A program made the translations under genes and the position numbers. Source: Notodromas monacha (lineage: Eukaryota). Taken from it: 45,457 nucleotides of DNA. The notes under the pieces were generated by a model that ran no database searches, was not told the origin of the DNA, and saw nothing but the letters and a program-made list of their open reading frames with translations. This document shows, piece after piece, positions 39,301 through 45,457 of the stretch. The stretch covers positions 1,741 to 47,197 of the forward strand of contig CAJPEX010000666.1 in assembly GCA_905338405.1 (NCBI GenBank), given 5' to 3'. How positions within the stretch are numbered: the stretch's first letter is position 1; each line of letters starts with the position of its first letter.

Positions 39301-42300
39301 TTCACGAGTAAATCTCAAGACACACGCCGTATTACAGTACTTACAGTTCTAGGTTTCCCGAGTCCTCTGGCTGTTTGACAAGGAGTCACATGCATCTTCT
39401 TGGTAGCGTCGACGAAAATCCACGTTTTCCCAGCAATCGGAGGAATGTTATTGCGCGTAGCAATCACGACAGCTTTGTTCAAGGCTTTGCGGTATTGTTC
39501 AATCAGGTCCAGATTATACCTCATATTCCTAAACAATCAATGAGAAATCTCCCAATTAATCAAATGATCGAACTCAAAAATGGTGAAGTACAATTTTTTC
39601 AAGGGCCTGTATGTACTCCCCACAGGAAATTACGAGTCAATTCACACCTGGCTTTCGTAGCAAGGCGCTTCTGCTTCTTCTTCCACCACTCGTCCCTTAA
39701 AACGGACTGCTTAGACTTGGACAATCGTTTGCACGGTTTACGATTGACACCCGATGCAGCATCATTTTCTGCTTCCCGATTTTTTGCTTCTGCCTCTTGA
39801 AGCTTCTTCTTCAACTCATCCAAAATGTTGAATGCCGTGAAAAATCTGGAATGAACAAATCAAATAAAAGATTCACATGCAAAAAATAAAGAGAGAAAAA
39901 ATGCTTTGCTGACCGGAATGCGGGTAGTTTGCTTCTGGTCACTGGAATTTCCGATGACAGCGTTCGAATGACAGCGGCATGATGCTCCTTGGAAATTCCA
40001 GCAAGGATCAAATTCCGAATATTCCGCAGTGTTGCGATGAAAGGCAATTTCTTTCGATCTGAAGCAACAATTGGAAAAGTTAAAATTTGGCAAAAAAAAA
40101 AAAAAAAAACATTATGATTCACGATGAGTTAGATAGGAGATTCTCACCAATCAAGTCCTGCCAAGTTTGTGCTTTGTTTCCCTTCGAAGCGATTTGAGTC
40201 TCCCAAGTTTCAGCAGTTGGCAACTTCATCCGTTTCCCGGCTCGAGAAGAATCGAAACTTCCAGGCAACTTTGATTTGAAAAATTCCACCTCATTTGAAG
40301 GATATCTAACAGGTAAAAAAAACAGCATACCTGTATATATAGATTCTAAAACCAAAAACTGTTTCATGTGCAGAGGTGTCACTCGCATTAGTCAATTGAC
40401 CAATAATGAGTAAATCGAACCTTAAATAACAAGAAATACTCTATTGACCAACGCACATTGAATTTATCCAACAAAATCTAACCTAATTTAATCAAGAAAT
40501 TTAGGAAAATAAATTCTGGCGAAACCTAGGGAATCGTCGAGAAAATTATGTGTCCGGGTCGTTGGAGGGGGATGGGAGAACCAATATAAGTACACATACT
40601 TTTTCCCGACTAGACTCATGACGATTTCGGCTGGAACACTGATGTGCAGGAAACGTATGAGCTGTTTGATTGTGAAAGTCCGCCTTTCCAGATCATCAAG
40701 ATCGTCATCCTTTTCCGGAACTACTTCCGGTACATCCTTGGACTTGATCCCGAATTGTCTCATAGTGGTCGGATTCATTTCCAATTTTTTCTAATAATTA
40801 AAGCAAAATAAAAACGATAACACAGAAAAGTTACTTAATTGAAGTAAAATCGCCAAATGACGGCTTTATGAGAGAGTTGATTAAATAGCTACATCGTATC
40901 GTCGAATATTTTGACACTTACCATGGAGTCTTCCAATGCAGTTGCAGATTTTTTTTCACCATCATTCGGTAAATCTTGGGCAACAACTTTTCCTTTCGGG
41001 CGTTTCTTCCCTCCAGCACTTTTGTACTTCGACAACTGGTGAACATCGAAATCCGCGAACTTCACGGTCAACGCTCGACGTAAAGTCGACGGCAATGACC
41101 CGAAATTGATGGACTTGTCACCAAAAGCCTATTGACACACATAGAAAAAAAACTATTAGACAAGAATAAAAAATTAGCAATGTTCTTTTTAATCACTTGA
41201 TACATCTCCGCCACGTCAATCCAATCAGCCGGTGTAACGACGCAGAGTTTGAAATACCGCTTCGTGAATTCCCGACAGCGAGAGTCATACGAGGCGTAGG
41301 CCAACAGAAAATTGGCAGTTGTTCGAATATACAAATCCTGCCTCGCATGAAGGGCTGCCTGAAAAGTGCGAAAAAGGAAAAAAAAAATTAAGCTACAGTA
41401 TTTTATTAGGGCAACAATAAGAAACGCTTGAAACCCCGTTCTACTAAAATTTTGTCCGGGTTCCCCACAGACATTTTTGGAGGACATTTAATGCCTCGAA
41501 TTCTTTCTTTCACGGACATCAAGAAATTTTTCCAATGAACATCAAGTGCTGTCTTAGTACTTCACAGGTCGAAAAATCTATCACCCTCGGAAGTGACCTA
41601 AATTACAAATTTTCGAAGGTACAGTATCATTGGGAAATTTTTTCCCGAAATGGTGGGATGGCGTAATCTTTTCCTTTTCAAAACCCACCTTTTTCCGGGA
41701 GAAGAGATAAAAATCAGAAAAATTAAAGAAAATAAAATGCTTCGAACAGGATACATGAAATAGAAAATTAATTATGAACATCTTACCACAGTATAATTGT
41801 ATCGTAGAGCATATCGTAGGGTATTTTGAATGAACTGATCTCCACGAAGTAATGTTATAATTTTCTGACAACAAGAATTTCAAACTACTATGTCAAATTT
41901 TATCTGCTGCTTTTTTGACGCAAGTTCAAAGTAATTTCACATCAAGCAAATTTTTGTGTGAATATACCAATGTTTTTCTACCGTGCATATCGCATACAGT
42001 AAATATATATCATCGCGACTTCAACCCGTCTTTCGATATTTTTCGAAATACACGAATAATTTGGCAACGGTGAATGAAAAAAAAACTTGGAAGATTTTTT
42101 TGAGAGAAGAACAAACGATAAAAAATTGTTTCCAACCTTCAAGATGAATTCCGGATCAATCTCAGCAACTTTCTCGGCCAGAGAGACAAGTAACGATCTA
42201 AACTCGTCCGATTTGGATTTAAAATCCGGTGAATGGATCAAGGAACCCGTGACAGCATTCAGAAACTGGCTCTGCAAGGATTAAATTCATCAACATGACA

Positions 42301-43948
42301 TGTTATCCAATAGAGACGGAAGATTCCTCAAGAACTCCTGAAGTCAGCAAAAAAATTTCATTCTCAGAAGAAAAAACAGGTGTAGCATTTTAAGGATTTT
42401 GGCGTCATAACAAATAAAATACAGTACATTCCACGAAATTCGTTGCTTTCTAGAATCTAGAACTTCACTTCAATACCTGTCCCAGAGTTCACAGCTATCT
42501 TCTATACAGCCACTATTTTTTTTTGTCATCCTTCACCAAGAAAAAAAATTTTTTTAATAAAACCCTCAACCAGCTTAAATTTGAAGATGTATGGAGCTTT
42601 GAACCTGATCAGTCTTCTAATAAATCTAATTTTATCTTACTTCAGCGACTCGCAGAACACCCAAAAATTATGGAAATAAGACCCCAAGATGCCGACATAA
42701 TTGGTGCATCAAGAGTGCCCCTAAGTTGAGTCTCATTTTCCTTATACTTACATTATATACTTTTTAATTGGTGTTTTATGAACAAAATATCCATCATAAT
42801 TCCATGAAAAAATGTTCTCCCAATAAAAACTGATTCTATCACTACATTTCAACTCAATAAGGACATTTGGAGCATTGGATACGGATACCTATGTACAGTA
42901 CATTGAAATGTTGGTATTCTCTGTAAAAAAAAAATTTCAAATGATGAAGAGAGAAGGAAGTCCCTATATGCTGGGGGTAATTTTTTAAAATTAGCTATAT
43001 GAATGGTGATTTGATGAGAGAAATGCCAAAGAACTTTTCTCACATCAATTTATGGGTTGGAAATACATATGAACTGTATTTGTCTATTTTATTTTGGCCT
43101 GAAACTTATTTGAAATGTTATCACACAATGTCAATATGTTGAGTCAGTGGATCACCAGCTTCCTTTCTGGGAGAAAATCCTCCGTGCGCCACGAAACCTA
43201 AAAACTCCGTAGTTTCTCGTGTTTACTTGTAGAGATATAATAAATCATTTTCTAAAATATTATATCAAAATTACGCAAGTGATTCACAAGATTTTCAAGA
43301 AATCCCCAACGCTTCCGCGCTAATTCCTACCTTGACCAATCGTTCGTGCCTCTTCTCTTCGCCGACATCTTGTGCCGTTTCACCAAAGAGATCCTCAGGA
43401 AAATCTTCCGGACTTTCCGGAACATTCACGTTAATCTCGTACCTCGGACATTTAACGCCTTCCGTGTCGCGTTCAACACGCACAGGGAGAAGAGGACGTT
43501 TCAGAGAAACCTCAGTCGGCTTAGAACGCTCCTCATAAAGCGTCTCGGTGTGCAATTTTAAATTTGAAAGCTTCCCTCCACCACTGAAAAAGCTTGACGT
43601 ATTTTCCGTCAATGGCTGGCTCCGGAAAATATCCGGATTCTCATTAAATAATCCCTCCGTCAACGGCTTCACTTCCGCGTCAACGCTAGAGAAGAGCTTT
43701 GAGGTGCGAAGCAATTTATTGTCCAGCAAGGAGCTTGAAAAGAGTGATTGATTTTGGATAGATGAACTAGGACCAGTGCCTAAGATCCAGTTGGTCGTGT
43801 CCAACAGGTTCGGAGTGAAGGATGAACTCGGGGTTTCTTTGGTTTCAGGAATCACATCACAGCGCGTGTCATTGGCTTGAGAAAGTAGTTTGTTGGAGCA
43901 CCAAGCATCCATTCGAGGGTTCAAATCGCCGGACAAAAATAACGACAT
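23724..43948 (-). CDS. TEP1: Large multi-exon gene (>25 coding exons, ~20 kb) encoding a TEP1-like protein (telomerase-associated / vault protein 1 architecture): N-terminal repeats - TROVE - vWA-like - DUF4062-like - NACHT - long WD40 array. Stop at 23724-23726; candidate start ATG at 43948
   Basis: Domain order recovered 5'->3' on the minus strand from successive exon ORFs; short GT..AG introns between them. Details in the sub-features below. This domain combination and order is, to my knowledge, specific to TEP1. Confidence 0.7.
34651..35700 (-). CDS. TEP1: NACHT P-loop NTPase domain exons (Walker A ~35525-35565; Walker B-like in 34651-35028)
   Basis: Minus-strand translation of 35490-35660: ...EAKNAVTKISEKGGLYLITGKQGIGKTAFMVGEVHANES (Walker A GxxGxGKT); downstream exon ...KDRDKSAVIFVDGFSDSQ (NACHT-type hhhhDGhDE Walker B region). 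Confidence 0.7.
36422..37000 (-). CDS. TEP1: DUF4062-like region preceding the NACHT domain
   Basis: [50 protein letters not shown] ... SLEAVAHSDIFIGILGERYGRVV (the FISSxFRDM..ERD / SDIFIGILGxRYG pattern characteristic of DUF4062 found N-terminal to NACHT in TEP1/NWD proteins). Confidence 0.55.
38150..39536 (-). CDS. TEP1: vWA-like module following TROVE (exons incl. 39315-39536, 38544-38726, 38150-38260)
   Basis: RYNLDLIEQYRKALNKAVVIATRNNIPPIAGKTWIFVDATKKM (vWA beta-strand + degenerate MIDAS position) ... IDTFIVLTSNNG (cf. Ro60/TEP1 vWA IDTF(I/V)V(L/F)TD motif). Confidence 0.45.
40400..41487 (-). CDS. TEP1: TROVE-domain exons of the TEP1-like gene (several exons: 41068-41487, 40889-41095, 40488-40784)
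   Basis: ...AALHARQDLYIRTTANFLLAYASYDSRCREFTKRYFKLCVVTPADWIDVAEMYQ and ...TIKQLIRFLHISVPAEIVMSLVGKKY resemble the Ro60/TEP1 TROVE signature regions (RFL..G..; a.RaR.d...R...vLA). Confidence 0.5.
42679..43150 (+). mobile_element. Truncated MITE copy 3 (lacks the first ~6 bp of the 5' TIR and the last ~110 bp including the 3' TIR), located in an intron near the 5' end of the TEP1-like gene
   Basis: aagaccccaagatgccgacataattggtgcatcaagagtgcccctaagttgagtctcattttcc...cattgaaatgttggtattctctgtaaaaaaaaaatttcaaatgatgaagagagaaggaagtccctatatgc... co-linear with copies 1 and 2 until ...gttgagtcagtg. Confidence 0.7.
43295..43948 (-). CDS. TEP1: First coding exon of the TEP1-like gene: Ser/Leu-rich degenerate short repeats (possible TEP1 N-terminal repeats), candidate initiator MSLFLSGDLNPRMDAWCSNK
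   Basis: 217-aa ORF; periodic SxLLDxxxxLxxSKLFSS / SSFFSGGGKLSNLKL pattern; no in-frame stop for 650 bp in AT-rich DNA. Confidence 0.45.
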   Translation of the reverse strand: MSLFLSGDLNPRMDAWCSNKLLSQANDTRCDVIPETKETPSSSFTPNLLDTTNWILGTGPSSSIQNQSLFSSSLLDNKLLRTSKLFSSVDAEVKPLTEGLFNENPDIFRSQPLTENTSSFFSGGGKLSNLKLHTETLYEERSKPTEVSLKRPLLPVRVERDTEGVKCPRYEINVNVPESPEDFPEDLFGETAQDVGEEKRHERLVKVGISAEALGIS

Positions 43949-44548
43949 TCTAGCAAGAATTACCAGCGCAAAACTTCATAAATCCACATTCTGGAAGAAG
44001 AAAACAGATGGGAGATAAAGTTTTGCACAGACTCACCAGTATTCAGTTTCTTGCGCACCAAGAAACTGCATAACGGCACTCAAATGCAGTATCTCGCAAA
44101 ATAAATCCTCAACAGAGACATAAACCTCTGCTGTCTGACTGATGTCAATCCTGTACTTACAGGCACTCGACGTTCAACTCCGCAAAGATTACGAGATATG
44201 GCTTAAAAATAGCCAGTATCTTAAAATTAGGTTCATTATGTTGTACTGTACAATCTAATCATGACGTCATAATGTTCCACAGTTTTCTAGAATGATTACA
44301 GTAACAAAACTTGACGAGTCTCTGTTCATCCGTTGAGGATTTCCCCCAATTTCATATCAATTGAAAAAGTATGCTAATTTCATATTCAGTACAATCAAAA
44401 TATTTTGAAGAGATCGGAATTTTCAATTTAAAACACTATTGGGGAAAATAAATAAAAAAATTTAATCTTTGGTATAACTTTGACTGTATTCAAGTGGGGT
44501 AAGAAAACCACAGTTTCTCGGTGACCGGGAATATTTTCAATACTCAGG

Positions 44549-45283
44549 ATGATTGAAAATTCAATTCTTGAACGAAGGAAATACTTGAGTGAACTACCCT
44601 CACGAAATGTGATCTACTCGATCAAAGAATCGGAGAGGAACGACATGCACATCAAACCCTCGCTCATCCTATCCCGAGAAAATAATGAAGAAACATTGCT
44701 TAATTTCCTCGATTCATTTCGGATTCCAAATTTCGCAACACAGGTTCAAGGTTTCCTTTTCAGCAAGGAAAACAGCAATTTCAACGATCCACTTGCACCT
44801 TCTTTCCGTCTTCAGAAACATACTGCCATCTTTTTTTTCCCTCGCAACACAAAACTTTCTTTTCCAACGAATAATTTAGCATGATGAAAGGAAAAAAAAG
44901 TTCAAATGAAAATCACATACCGCATATCACTTAAAAATAGTCTAGTATGAATTACTGGTGATGACTAACGAATATAAGAAGGAATGACAACGATATTCAC
45001 CTTTTTAGGGACGCTTGAATCCACGTTACCGAAGTTTGATCAACAATTACGGCACAAGGAAACCACGGAAAGACACGAACAGACTTTAAAATGTTTTTTT
45101 CGCTCCATACGGGACATTGATTCGAACAAAGGAAATTCTTCAAGCTTTTTCCAACGTCTCCTGTATGTGCAACCATGTTTTCAGCCCCTGCAGAAAATCG
45201 AAGGAGAAATCACAACAATTAGAAAATTTTCCAAAAATAACCAACAAAAACCAAATAAAAGAAAGAATACGACAGGAAAATGA
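44549..45283 (+). other. Two moderately long plus-strand ORFs (44549-44884, 44984-45283) upstream of the TEP1-like gene; possibly exons of a divergently transcribed gene, not identifiable
   Basis: 111-aa and 99-aa ORFs only; no recognisable motifs. Confidence 0.15.
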
Positions 45284-45457
45284 GATGTTTACGAGGAATG
45301 AACTCAGAATGAAAAGGTATCCTTCACTCAAGTTTCACGTTTAGCTGAAGTAAATCAAACTCGTGTACCGACTTCTTTTCGATTCAAGAAAAATCTAGTA
45401 GATTAAAAAATTAATCTAAAAAACCACGTTTTCAAAAAGCAAAAAATAACCTTAAAC

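Noticed and set aside
1-45457. Interpreting the window as prokaryotic (operons, defence islands, CRISPR)
   Set aside because: Coding signal is broken into short exons with GT..AG flanks and polypyrimidine tracts. There are long A/T homopolymers and many introns. The identified proteins (TEP1-like, multi-exon MFS, WD40) are eukaryotic in structure. No long uninterrupted ORF arrays are present.
1-45457. tRNA / rRNA / snRNA genes
   Set aside because: No region showed the conserved tRNA B-box (GGTTCGANTCC-like), rRNA-like conservation or an obvious snRNA signature on manual inspection. A covariance-model scan would be needed to be sure.

Overview
This window is eukaryotic (metazoan-type) nuclear DNA, not prokaryotic: it is AT-rich, has long homopolymer runs, and its coding sequence is split into many short exons with GT...AG boundaries. 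The six-frame ORFs therefore mostly capture single exons. I see three genes, an end-of-gene fragment and a family of mobile elements. (1) A roughly 20 kb multi-exon minus-strand gene (about 23724-43948) with the domain order N-terminal Ser/Leu-rich repeats, TROVE, vWA-like, DUF4062-like, NACHT P-loop NTPase, then a very long WD40 array. This is the TEP1 architecture (telomerase-associated / vault protein 1). (2) A 12-TM major-facilitator-superfamily transporter gene on the minus strand (about 4530-15416). It carries an internal tandem duplication of about 1.6 kb (5671-7298 and 7299-8900) that copies two coding exons, with the breakpoint inside an exon and a MITE fragment at the junction. (3) A second, smaller WD40 gene with an acidic C-terminal tail (minus strand, about 20054-22343). 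(4) The 3' end of a plus-strand gene (exon 1-207, terminal exon 1089-1300) whose terminal exon and flanking intron are duplicated about 1.1 kb downstream (1417-2413). The noncoding parts hold a Tc1/mariner-like non-autonomous MITE family (TIR CAGTGAGACCCCCA(C/G)ATG(C/T)GGACAT, TA duplications) with two full copies, one truncated copy, two fragments and a solo TIR. They also hold a roughly 960 bp perfect foldback with about 400 bp arms, an inverted pair of short-unit satellite arrays sharing the MITE subterminal motif, and a second dispersed repeat family. In addition there is an over-represented palindromic motif TACAGTAC(TGTA). No rRNA or tRNA genes or CRISPR arrays were recognised. All coordinates for exons are approximate, being ORF or hand-traced splice boundaries.
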